DNA of 63,150 nt, the filler included, from Bigelowiella natans CCMP2755 (lineage: Eukaryota > Protista > Cercozoa), in NCBI GenBank assembly GCA_000320545.1. It is 6 parts of 6 records of this genome, joined end to end, with 100 filler letters (N's around TTAATTAATTAA, not from the genome) between each part and the next. Parts side by side here need not be neighbours in the genome. Positions count along the whole stretch, not along the records: positions 1 to 21,305 come from ADNK01002686.1; 5 more parts are not named here. One strand, given 5' to 3'. Below the pieces are notes generated by a model. It did not search any database. It saw nothing but the letters and a program-made list of their open reading frames with translations, and was not told the origin of the DNA. This document shows positions 1 to 12,670 of the stretch, piece after piece. Position 1 is the stretch's first letter. Each line of letters starts with the position of its first letter. The translations under genes and the position numbers were made by a program.

Positions 1-53
<53 letters not shown>

Positions 54-290
54 TTATACTACCTACCAACTGTATGTCACATATAGCTTTCTTCTTGTCT
101 CGCTCTCTCTCTCTCTCTCTCTCCCTCTCTCCCTCTCTATAACACCACCTGCGCAACATCCTTATCATCATCATCATTATCCTCATCCTTATCATCCTTA
201 TCATCACCATCATCATCCCCATCCTCATTATCATCGTCGTGAGCATCATCCTCATCATTATCATCGCATCCCCACCGCTCATTGTCCCAG

Positions 291-561
291 GGCCTTGGGA
301 AGAAGTTCGGAGATCACGTTTGCGACACGTTGAAGATCGATTCCATGGTTGCTATTCATACTGAATCTAGTGCAGAAAAGGACACGATATTTGCAAATAT
401 ATATATTTGCGCGCAATAACGTTCCTGCCTCCTCTCTCCTCAGGGCGAGCTGAGCGCTATCAACCTAAGTCTGTTACGTGCTAAGTTTGGATCCGAAAGA
501 GGCACCTGGCTTAGCCGCATATCAAGGTTGCTGACGCATAAAGCTAGAAAGGGAACAATAT

Positions 562-614
<53 letters not shown>

Positions 615-1176
615 TATATTACACTTGTTGAAACGGGGCAGGAAGAGAAAGAGCGAGGGCGGGACATGTTCGCGTTCCTTTCAGTGTGTTGCTGCTGCTG
701 CTGCTGCTGCTATTGTTTCCATAGCTGGCATTATTTATGTTCCATACTGAGCATCATAATACTACTGCAGAGGGATTGACGATGCGGAAGTTAAAGGAAG
801 ATGTCTGGCGAAATCCATCGGGTAGAAGTAGTAGTAGTAGTAGTAGTCGTCGTCGTCGTCGTCGTGAATTATCATCATTAACGTAGTTGTTGACGCCCGT
901 AGAGAGGTTGTTCGGTAGGCTGTGCTTTCCTGGTCTTATATATGATGTTCTGCTTTTTTTCACATCCTCTGAATAATGATGATGATGATGATAATAATAA
1001 TAATAATAATAACCAAAAAGGTGCAGCAAGACGTTCTTCAACAGGCCTTTGAAGTCCCTCCAGGATGGCCACAAATGGGTTGAGTCTCTCTGTAACGAGG
1101 TCCTGGAATCGTTTTGTCCTTTCTCTGCCTTTTCATTTCTCTATTTTCCGTGAGTAGCTGCAAATTTCTTAAGCGC

Positions 1177-1214
<38 letters not shown>

Positions 1215-2249
1215 GTATTGGGGGGGGGGGGGGAACTGTTAGGTCTCAAGCCGTGTAGAGCAGGATCTCCGCGACAACAACAGACTTCCCCAACGCCTTA
1301 TCGTTTCAGCGAGGTGCTTTTTAATAGTTTCATAGTATAAATCCATGCGTGATACTACCTACCTGTGCGTCTAGCACAATGATAATATTGGAGCGCCCTC
1401 ACCATTGCTTCATCCTCATAGTCAATTCCATGCTATTTTCTGCTCCCTTTCTCCCGCAGTTTTCAAAAGAGCAAAAATACTCCCCCGACGAAAGGGTATC
1501 AGCAGCATAAGCATTGCATGCATTTGTTTAGATCAGGGAACTACTCGATATGAAGAAGGAATTTCTCTGTTGTTGAAATTCCCTCACTATTGAGTCGTGA
1601 TTGATGTACAGGCCAAGTAACATGTCACTGGTGGACAAATGGAATGCAAAGTAGTAGTACGGCACAGCAGCAGCAGCAGTAGCCCATGTGCGTGTCGTGT
1701 GTTGTGCGTTGAGAAGGCACTATCAACTGAGTATTTTCCTTCCATTTCATGCACGGAAATGTGCCATCATTATGATTTTAACGGTGATATCGAAAAGAAG
1801 AAGACGAAGAAGAAGAAGAAGAAGAAGAAGAAGAAGGAGAATTAAAGAAGAGTATGGTATTGTAGAAGTGCAGCAACCAGAAAAGTCACACTTGATAACC
1901 ACGGGAAAATAGGCTAGATCGACGTCGTTCGAAGTCTTGTCCCTTTAGAAAGGGCCTCTTAAGGGTGAAACAAGACGCTAAAGCAACTCTCACAAAAGTG
2001 CTCAACGAGGTGATGATGATTTCCTGCACGCAGTTATTTGTGCATATTTTTGGCACATTCCTCAATCCATTACTCAATTAAGATACATTTGGAGGTTTCC
2101 ACCTATTATTCTTTTCTGAAATTGTTGAATTATAGATATTTGATGTGTTGTATGTTTCGAATGAAGGTGTCGGATCACAACGGCAGCTTCCCTCCCATCC
2201 TTGCCCTTGGATTAGCCGCTGGGTATGTGCACGTGTGCGTGTGAATGTG

Positions 2250-2291
<42 letters not shown>

Positions 2292-2508
2292 TTGGTGTAT
2301 TAGTCGTATCCCTCCTCTATGAACCTACTGGATAGTAGCAACAACAATGATATCGTACTATGATACTTTTTACGATTTGGTGGTGTTTGCATTCCCTCGT
2401 CCCTCCTCTCCTCCTCCTCCTCCTCCTCCTCCTCCTCCTCCTCCTCAAAACTATTTTGCCATGTGCTATGGTAGATGTGGATTATTTGAACGCAGTATAT
2501 TCGTAAGA

Positions 2509-2547
<39 letters not shown>

Positions 2548-3174
2548 GGTTTCTTTCCTTGTGTGTACTTGATGTGAATTGTAATGTAGCAACATAGCAT
2601 CTCTCGGATCTCGCGGTTCAAGGACATTAGACAAGTTCTTCGCGAAAAGACCTGCAACCAAAAGGACGTTGCCTCCTCCTCACCACCATCCTCCTCATCA
2701 TCATCATCATGAGCAGCAGCACCAGCAAGAAAAGGCATCGACTGCTACGTCTGATAGGGAAATGCAGGCCCAGTCTTCTTCTTCTTCTTCTTCTTCTTCT
2801 TCTTCTTCTTTGCAGCAGCCACCTCCTACTCTCAACTCAAGCAGCGGTCAGCAAGATGAGAGGAGGAGGAAGCCCAAGCGACCCTTCTTTTTCGCTCCTA
2901 AGGCCAAATCTAATCCGAGAACGATCGCGGAAGGAAGGGGGGAGGGCAAGGACGAGAAGAAGAAAGACACATCATCCTCGCAGTTGCGACGGCGCCGTCG
3001 TCGCAGGGAGTACATGCAAAACATCGATCCCAACGTGCTAGGTAGGTTCTTGCCAAAGAGCCATTGTTGATTTTGAATTGAACACCAGACCCTTTCGCAA
3101 TTATTCTTTCTGTCATTTCTATTTCTGTCGTTTCTAAGGTGTCCTCCTGCGGTGTGTGAATGCATGTATGCATG

Positions 3175-3219
<45 letters not shown>

Positions 3220-3768
3220 TTACATAATACATCAATCTTTCCTACTCCCCTTGTTGTTGAGTCTTGTATCGAATGCGCGGTCTCCCAACAATAACGTCAA
3301 CTTCGATTTGCGTCATGCCTTCTTCGTTGGATTATCGTTTGAGAGGGGAGAAGACAGAGGGTGGGGGGCAGGGGTATCAATGATAAGCGGCATATGTGCG
3401 ATAAACTTGACCAACTGAGTATTCTTACATTATGTTTTTCTTCCTCCTCCTCCTCCCCTCCTCCTCTTCTTCCTCTTAACCGTGTAGCCGAACTTCCTGA
3501 AGATATTAGGCGCGACATCCAAAGGTACACGTGCTAAACAACAAAGCCCCTCGCAATGTGTCCAAACAATAGCAAAACGGCTGCGCTGGCTACCTACTTA
3601 CGTAAACAAGGGAAACAACATTCGAATCATGATCAGCATCTTAAGTACGAAGTCAGAACATCGTTTTTCGTACTACATAGGCACATGGCACGCAGTTCTT
3701 CTGGATCCTCGTCATCTTCATCAAGCCGTCGTTGCATGGACAAATTTGTCATTAGGTTAGATGGTTGA
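291..3768 (+). CDS. POLH: DNA polymerase eta (Y-family), 3' part; 5' exons lie upstream of the window
   Basis: GT-AG spliced exons give GLGKKFGDHVCDTLKIDSM|GELSAINLSLLRAKFGSERGTWLSRISR|GIDDAEVKGRCLAKSIG|CSKTFFNRPLKSLQDGHKWVESLCNE|VSSRVEQDLRDNNRLPQRLIVSAR|LDRRRSKSCPF..|..FPPILALGLAAG, matching the Pol eta thumb and little finger. Also PIP-like RTLDKFF, UBM-like IDPNVL|AELPEDIRRDIQR and C-terminal MDKFVIRLDG*. Confidence 0.9.
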
Positions 3769-4395
3769 CGGAGCCCCGTTTTAAGAGATGTGGACATTCC
3801 AATGCGAACAAAATTCAAAAATTTTGAATTGACAATACATCACGGCATTGAATCATGCATTCGCATTATTTTTTCATCGTAAGCATGGCATTTGCGTCGT
3901 ACATTGTCACGCAGCTACGCGCTGTTCCGCTCGTATAGACCCAAGCTATAGTGCACAATACCAAGCCAGAGACACAGCTGTGTTTCTAGTGATTGGCAAA
4001 CTCCACTGCTAGACGCATCCCGTGTATTCATTGCAACATTCCCGAAAAAGGCTGGTAATAGGTGGGACTAGCTAGCTAGCTAGATAATGACTAAGTGCTA
4101 GACCTGTGTCAAACTGATGATAACCTAGCTAGATAGGTACTGTTGCATTGGGTGTGTATGCTGATACTGGTTAGCCTGGCTAGCTCCAGAGCTAACCGAT
4201 ACGCTGCGGCATGTGAAGGCGTTTGTGTAGAAAACAACGAGTTGTGCAACCTTGCAAGGCATCATTATTCATGAGGTCATGCATTTATAGCTCAATATAA
4301 ATCCTAGGGCTTTATTTCTAGGCACTGTACACATTTCTTTTTGAAGGAAAAACATAAACATCATTTATTTCTTCTAAAAAATCTAAGAATCGCAA

Positions 4396-6482
4396 CTAAA
4401 CATTCAGAGCCAGTACTCCCTTCTCGCCAAAACGCGCTCTGGTGCTCGCCGATACCGCACTCATAGTGCAGTGAGCGTGAATTCCAAGGCACTTTGTACA
4501 GCCTACCACGAAGCCGTTTTTCTGGATGTCTAGGACCAGTATGCACACAATCAGATAAACTATCACGTTGTAAAGCTTAGCTGATGACTAAATTGGTGTC
4601 AGTGTCGTTACGTCGTTACCATGATTCCGTACTTGATTGGGCGGATGAGGCACACCCAAAGGGCAATTATCGCCCTCCCGGCCACGACATTTAGGTCTTC
4701 CGACCTATAATTCAACTTATATTAAGAATGATGGAACTTACTCACGGAAATTATTATCGATGGGAAGAGATTTAACGTGGGTATGAAGTTTTAATATCGC
4801 GATGAGGTGAAAGAGGAATGCTTCGGTATGTTCTTACCGTTTTCTTATCGATTTTCGAGTGACACGTATTGCAGTAGTGATTCCCACTGCAATCATACCT
4901 AGCAAACCAAATTAACCTCCAATTATGCTGAGAAGGAAAACGTCTGCTTCAGTGTGCCCCCCCCCCCCCCCCCTTCATTCGGTATCGTGAAAGTATCCCT
5001 ATGACTGCCTCTTAACACTTTCAATAATAATTTCAAAAATACTCTTCCAATCATTCACGGACGTGCTCGGACAAAACAACTATGTTCCCGAATAGAATCT
5101 AATCGTGAGTGTAACGTTCTTACGTTGCGATGGAACAGCAACAATCGCACTTGAAGATAGCATACTTCACACCGTGCTTCTTGCATTTTAGCGAACTCCG
5201 AGCCCCTGCGAACGAGCACTCTCGACACTTTGCTTTCTTCGCCTATGCCACACCCCGTAGAAAGACGAAGAAAAATAAGAAAAATGCAGTGTATTATTCG
5301 AGATACAGAGATAATAGGACGGCAGCAATTGACCTTGTCTGATTGAGCATCGCACTCAGCCTTACCACCACAGAATGTGTCGCCTAATTATCGTAAAGAC
5401 TCTTCAAAATAAGAGACTGATGATTAGTTCGGTCTTTACATTATCTGCAAGCATAAGAGCTACATAAGATGAGCAGAAAAACAATTAGAAAGGGCTTAAG
5501 AATCATACCGCATTCGAAGCACTGATAAGTAGCCATAACTCGAAGAATCTCATCTCTGAGTGAGTGTGAATAAGTAGGATCTATGTAGTATAGTTTATGT
5601 CTGTTGCGTCGGTAACCTTTTGGCTTCCTTGGACAAAATCTCAATGTTTTTCAACCCTTTAATATCATCCACTTTGTACTGCTCATAGCATACGTTGAAA
5701 GCCTATGTACACCGTCAATGTTAGAGTCATACGCAATCATGCCGAAACTAGTCCCAAGGCGCTAATTGGGCTGTGGAAGCAACGTAGCAACCTGCTCGCG
5801 GAGCTCTTTGTGAGTATTGAACACTCTTCGGAAATTGTAATCGATATAACCAGCCCATTGAATATCCGTACGACAGAGAGCACATTTCAAATGATTAAAG
5901 GTAATGCGACCTGAAAGTAAAAGGCAGAGCGTTAGAGACAACGAAGACCGATGAAGTCCACTACCGCCCAGACATTTCACCGCTGCTTGTTGCGACAATT
6001 ACTGTTCCACTACTAGTGAAGATTATAGATACCGGATTTGCTTGCTTTCCCCGAATTAATCTGGCCCTTCAGGCAGTCTAAGTGGTACTTATGCGTACAT
6101 TTGAGCTTGACTACTCTACCGTCGTTGATTTCACAGAGACAGATTGGACACGTCTCCAGCTCCTTCTTTGCTGCGGCACAGCCCTTCTTTACTTCTTTAT
6201 CGTCTGTCAATAAATTGGAAGGTATATGAGCTAAAATATGCTATCTGTGTAAAAACGACGCCGCTAGATCAAAACCTTCGCGGGCGGAAACTTTTGTCGA
6301 GATCGAGTGGGGACTCGGATTCCTCACCGCAGCCGCGGCTCTGCATTTGTTGGCACTCTGAGAGCAGTACAACGCACCTCACTTATGTAATGTTCGAAGG
6401 GAAAATGACATTGAATTCGTCTAGAGTGCTTCACCCTGCGACGTCCTAAGCTTGAAAGCAGCGATGATAGAAGCGATCCCAT
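4396..6482 (-). CDS. Stand-alone RING-Cys-relay (MYCBP2/Highwire/RPM-1 C-terminus-like) E3 ubiquitin ligase
   Basis: Spliced model MGSLLS..CPICLCEI..LKCTHKYHLDCL..GRITFNHLKCALCR..ATYQCFECG|DTFCGGKAECDAQ..CRECS..CKKHGVKYAIFKCDCCCSIAT|YDCSGNHYCNTCH..CPLGVPHPPN..FVVGCTKC, colinear with the MYCBP2 RING plus tandem-Cys domain. ATG at 6482, TAG at 4396-4398. Confidence 0.85.
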
Positions 6483-7022
6483 AGATCTTTGTGGAGGCCC
6501 CTTTTCTGTCGTTGCTTGCTGGAAAATTCTGTGATTATTCGTCTGTTTGTCGACGTTTATGCGCTACGACTCAGACGAATGCAGCATATATTTTAAAACC
6601 CACAGGCATTTCCGCAAAAAAGTACCAAGTATGTGACGTGAGATGAGACGATTCTGCGCGGAATATGACTTTAGGAGCACCAACGCCGATTCTGCACAGC
6701 TTCGTTCCTATCCTGCAGTCGTTTGAACCAAAATACAGAGCATTTTCTCCAGATATGGAAAAGCTCTAACATAAGTTGTCGCGCTCTCCAAAACGAATGG
6801 ATCCGGATGCTGCACAACTGGAAGAAGTTTTAAAGCCATGAAGGAAGCACGTAAATTTTTCTGATTTTATTACTGTAGAATTTTTACAGAGTCACAGGTT
6901 GTCGTAGTCTCCAAAACGCATGAGAATTCTTCTGGAAGAGACCTGCCCCGTTACATTTTCTGAACAGGCCACTCCGCCACTCCGAGTGAAAACTGTGCGC
7001 TCGGAACTCAACGAAGTAGTTG

Positions 7023-10000
7023 ATGAGCGCAAGCATAGCGCTGGCTCCCACGCTTTCGCTCCTACTTTATTCGATCGCTGTCAATGCTTGTGGTTGCGGC
7101 GGGGATGCAGGAAGCTGTGAAGGTGGCCTTTCATCGCCGTCATTTTCACCAAATGGCGTTATCGTTTCATCAGCCAAGCATTCACAACGCACCTTTCCTT
7201 TCACATAACATCAGTGACAACGACACTACATCCAGTAAGCTACACCGAGTGCGCGGACGGCTATGCTCGAGCCAATTCAACCAACAATTGGTGCATGCGA
7301 AGCGACATCGTTGTCTCTGAAGTAGGGGATTTTGTAGAGTTTTCTGCGAATGGCTGCCCGGATCATCCGATATCCCAGAGTGTAAAAAGGTATGCGGAGA
7401 CGCTGGGCATTTTAAAGTGCCATTGTTTTTTCGGTCTATGATAACTGATATATTGTTCCAGGATAGGAAATTCTTCATGCGGCGCTGTAGGGTGCTGCAG
7501 CAGCACGACAACAGGTGCCAGTATTGTTTTTTTGGTTCCCGTTAGAGCGTGTAGCATTTGCAAGTTAAATTGAGGAAAAAGCATTCACATTACACTAATA
7601 GGAGGTTACGCATGATTTATAGGTGGCTGTAGCAGTGGATGTAGCTCGGGAGGCTGTTGCTCGAGTGGGAGCTGTTCCTCAAGTGGAGGCTGTGCAAGCT
7701 CTAGTCCGACAGCCATCACGACAGGGGGGGGATCTTGTGGAGGAGGGTGCGCAAGTTATAGCCCCTCTGTATCACCTTTGGGAGGTTGCTCAACTTCAGC
7801 TCCTGCTGTTGGAGGAGGGGGAGCATGCTTCTCGACTCAAACCCCCTCTGCATCTCCAGTGGGGGGCTGCTGTTCAACTGCTGCTCCTACCCCAGCGGGG
7901 TGCTGTGGGGGTAGCGGCTGTGGAAGCGGCTGCTGTGGTTGCACCTCAAGTGGCGCTGGTTGCGGGGGGTCTTGCTCTTGCTGCTGTTGGGGGGAATGTG
8001 GAGGCGGTGGTTGCTGTTCTTCGGGTTGCGCGAGTGGATGTGGCTGTGCATGCGCCACGATTGGCAAGTACACGCCAACCTATCATGACTATCGTATTCG
8101 AATTCCTAAGTCCCCCCGGATTGCGACTCTGCCGACTCCAACAAGGGGCAACGTAGTAGGTGTTGCGGTTAATGGGATTCCGTTGTTCAACGACGTTACC
8201 TGCAACGCTTCAGTAGAGACATGCGACTCGGAGGCACATAGGAAATTTACTAAGGTCTATCTCTATGCCCAACTAAGTAGTTTGTACGACTACTGATGCT
8301 CCATCTCGTGTACTATTTTGACCGTTTTCCCTCTCTTCGTTCTTGGTTTCATTTCTTCTTTCTAAATCCCTACCTTCTTCCCTAATAGGTATTTGACTCG
8401 TGCACAGGGCACATTGACACTGGCCACCGGTAGTACTCCAAAATGTTTACATCCTTCATCTGATTAAAATATTAAAATCTCACGCTACGACTATGTTGTC
8501 ATAAATGATTCAATGAAAACGCAGTTACCACTACCACTTGCTTCCACTCTGCTTGCTACGCTCGCTGGGTGTACCCACCCCTGATGCTTCGGACTTTTGG
8601 ATGACCCTCGTGAAAGAAGACGGTGGAGGGTCAGCCAATTACACTCGGTTTTGGCCAAGAGCAGCAGCGGCGGCATCCCCAGTTATTGGTTGGGCACTCG
8701 ATGGCTTCCCGATAATGGGGCCATACGATGAGAACCGTACGCTAGTTGACAACGCAACACTCGACAGATGTGGAGGAAAGCTAGGATTGGATGGAAGGTA
8801 CTTCTGCGCAAGGAATATAGATTAGGGAGTACTAGCATGAGAGATATCGCTGCGCAAGTAATCATTTATGAAAACGAACGACATATATTTTATGTTCTTC
8901 CTATATTTTAGATACGGTAATACTTCTCTTCATGTTGTTTTATGCAGATACCGTTATTATGCGTCTCCGGAGCCACCATTTTTTGTTGGATGTTTTCGGG
9001 GTGAGAAGGGAAACTTCACTGACACTTATATAGCCCGGACATGCCCTTCAGATGGCATTTTCTCAACTAAAGCAACGAAATGCAGCGTCTCAGGACCATT
9101 TTTCCTCTTCCGTGAAGACACCTTTGGCACACGCTGGAGCAGCCTCTTCATAATCTCCGCTATATTCAATGGTGACAACATGAACACAAACCATGCAGAA
9201 AGCATCGTGCCAACTCCATACACATCGACGATAGCATGCTACAAAAAAGATATCGATCTCATGCCTACAAGAAGCCAGTTAGGAAAACAAAGCAGGGAGT
9301 TAAATGGGAATCTTTCTTGATCTAAAATACCGCTATATAATCATTAGGCGTGCTATTTGTATTTTCTGCCTGGAGGGGGCTAGAGCTGCACTACGAGAGT
9401 GAAACCCGTAAGTTGATCAGCGTTTTCCTCGTCTTCAGCTGCACGCTATCACAGTTCTTATTCTACTCTATTGACCCAAATGGAACGACCGGAAAGTTGC
9501 CTGCGATGCTTCTAGCCCTGCTCTACGGTGTCCAGTAAGTGCAAAGCTCGATCTCTATTTTCCTTCCCCTAATCTGTTCGTTTTCTATCTTTTTTATTTC
9601 CCTAATCTGACTTTCCTAGAAAAATGAAATATTTATGCTGGGAGAGGATACTGTGCTCATTATGGCGGCAAAACGTGTTTCCTGACGCAAATTGGGACCG
9701 TTCGTGTTTTAACAATTATATCCTTTTTGCGAATTCATAACCAATCGTCGGTTTTAATGTCACGAAGTATCGCAGTGTTTGTTTCTATCGTTTTGGGGGC
9801 AAACTTTAAAATACTGGTGGCGTTGTGTGAGATTGAAAATACTATTTGCCTCTGCCGTTTCTCGCGGCGCCGTCGTTGATTGATACTTTGTTAGATATTG
9901 GTGCACGGACGGGTTGCTGTGTGTGGCCGTGCTAAAACACCTTTCCTACGTCGCCAAGTTGGAAGTAACCGCAACTGAGTTGAAAGCATGCAAATCAAAA

Positions 10001-10570
10001 AAGGCGAAACGATTCGCTATGCGGAGGCTCATGCGCGGCAATCGCGATCTGCGACGCACGATGAGTTCGATATTAAATTTGGACGCACTGGATGGCTCCC
10101 TAGCCTCAAACCCAACTTTGACAAAGAGAAGAAGGAGGGGTAGAGGCAAAAGATTCTGGGAGTTTGAGTATTCAACCACTTTTTTCACACTCCTTGCGGT
10201 GTGCTTCGTTGTGCAAACGGCTGCGGACATCTTGCGCGTCCTCTTGGATAAGAACTACTGGTGGCTGTCTGCTTGTCGTGTCATCTATCTCGGCGCTGGT
10301 TATTTGCTTGTGATGGTTTTCTTTGCCTCATTACTTCGTGTCTATAGGTTACTAGAACACACACACACACACACACACACTCACACACACACACACACAC
10401 GGACGCATACGCGCAAACGTAACAAGATAGGAGTGGTTATTATACTAGTCATCTTTGAGTCAGTACAGTAGAGCCAAAATGTAGTTTTGTCCCACATCTA
10501 TATTTTTACTTTAATTTGCTCGTCTTTCTTTATGCGTTTATCTTCTTAAATACGTTCATCTCTCTCTTCC

Positions 10571-10611
<41 letters not shown>

Positions 10612-12080
10612 TCTTCATTGACTTGGATCCTTATAAAAATTCACTTAAAAATCGTCATCCCATTTTTCTTCTGGCATATTATCCACAGCTATGCTGAAAT
10701 TTTTGAAAAGCAAGCCTGGTCGAAGATGCAATCTTTCGTCATGGAAACATGTAGCGTGGTTATTACTTGTGTGACCATCTCCTCACTGGAATTATGGATG
10801 CTACTTGACCATTCCCAAACGACCTCACTGCGGTAAGACAGCGAAGCAAGATACGAAAGGAAAACGAACATACTAGGTATCTAACATCTTGTTATATCAG
10901 GTATTATATCGCCTCGGTAGTTGCGTTGTTCGTTCGAGTCGCACTCTATTATTTGTCGCTTAAACGAGTTGTGATTACTGACCCAGAAGCTCGTGCTGTG
11001 AACCCTTTCACTCAAGTTGTAGACTCCATTTTTCCCAACAAAGTGCTTAACGATGACGATTCGTCAAAAGTTAGTTTGGCGTCTACCAAGTATTCTCGCC
11101 GCTTCCAGAAGAATTCTGCATCTGCGATTGGGGGAACATCGGAGAAAAAGGGACATAATGCACGACAACAAAGTCTTCGAATGGGTTCCATGCAGCAAAG
11201 TCTTCGAATGAGCCAGCTACTGCCAAGGTGGCTTGAGACTCCTCCCTTTCTTGTTCATTTAACTGCTTGGGCACATGCGTGCTATACTTGCTAATTTATA
11301 TGGATGTATTTCTTAAGTTTTTCTCCCTTGGGCCCATACACGTTTGTGTGTTTGTGGTGGTTTTATTGAGTCGTACGTTGAATCTGTAAGGGGTTCTAGC
11401 AAGGCTTCACGTACTTTTGTAAATCTCAGCAAAAGTAATAATGCGCAGCAAATAACCTTGGTCTTTATTTTCGGTTGCAAAGGGTGCACACATCAGGAGT
11501 TCGGACTATCGACTCGGTATCCAAGTCTACACTACCTCCAGAGGCCGGGCTGAAGAAGGAGGGGGTAGCTATACAGAAGGTCCAAACTACGAACCAAATA
11601 GCCAATATTACATGCACTTGACATAAGAGGTACACCACTCGAATATACAGATTTCTATCCTGAAAGTGGCCTCTAGCATATCGAGTGCGAAAGCGGCAAG
11701 CTTAAGTAACCGCATGTCGGCAAGGGAGAGCACAGTTAGCTTCTCTGATCGTTCTGATCAGGATGAAGATCAAAGCCAACAAAAGCGGCATATTCTGACG
11801 AAATTCTACAGTGCATCCCTAGGTACGTATGATTCTTCATCAATGAATAAATCGGTATCGTTCGTACCTCTTGTCCCATTGTTCTCATTTGGAATTGCAT
11901 TTGTGCTTAGGTACGCCAAGCCAAATTGCACGTACTGGCAGACGTGGTGGTAACCAAATACCTTGGACGACGGATACAAAGTCTACTGGAGCAAAAACAT
12001 TAGTGGCAGAAACACTCCCGGGCAATGGCCGTGCCATAGTAACCGACCCATCTCGATCCAACCCAGAATTTCGGATATAG
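7023..12080 (+). CDS. Signal peptide + YHYH-domain + multi-pass membrane protein with a Cys/Gly-rich insert
   Basis: Hydrophobic N-terminus (LAPTLSLLLYSIAVNA); SANGCPDH, VGVAVNGIPLFN, DSCTGH..YHYH, SPVIGWALDGFPIMGPY, LDRCGG, YRYY are YHYH-family motifs. Several hydrophobic exons at 9100-10960; last exon ends PEFRI* at 12080. Confidence 0.8.
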
Positions 12081-12670
12081 CTAATGAGTCCTTCATGAGC
12101 GGAGCCTTGGAAAGTAAATTAGTATTTATAGCGTACAGAAGTTCAATTATCAATTATTATATGTACATGAGACTCGTGACAATGCAGTGGCTAAAGCACT
12201 TATGCTATGTCTGTTTGTTTCCATTGTCACGTGCTAGTGTGGTTCATTTATTACATATTTATATGCATATAAGTTAAAATTCTCAGAGTTTCAAGCATGC
12301 ATATTTCTCAATTTACAGCCTGCTACATAGCACGCATAGACTATAGAAACAGGCATTTGTGCATAACGCATATAAGAGCACTAAGCATGCTGAATAACGA
12401 GCGCGCTGTGAATAAACTCTCCTCTGATGAATGGCAAAAAATAAATACATGTAAATTTGTTCAATGGTCATCCTCATGTAGCTGTGCAAAGCAGTGGCTA
12501 CAGCGCTAATTTTGAATCTGTTGGTCTCCGCTGCAATGTGTTTCATGCAATCAAATGCGTGTTGTTGCGGTCTTGAATGTCGCGCATTTCGCGCAGCAGT
12601 GCATATATAATATACATTTTTTAACTATCCGTTTTTGGTGAATCATCTACATTCCGCGATGATAAAACGT

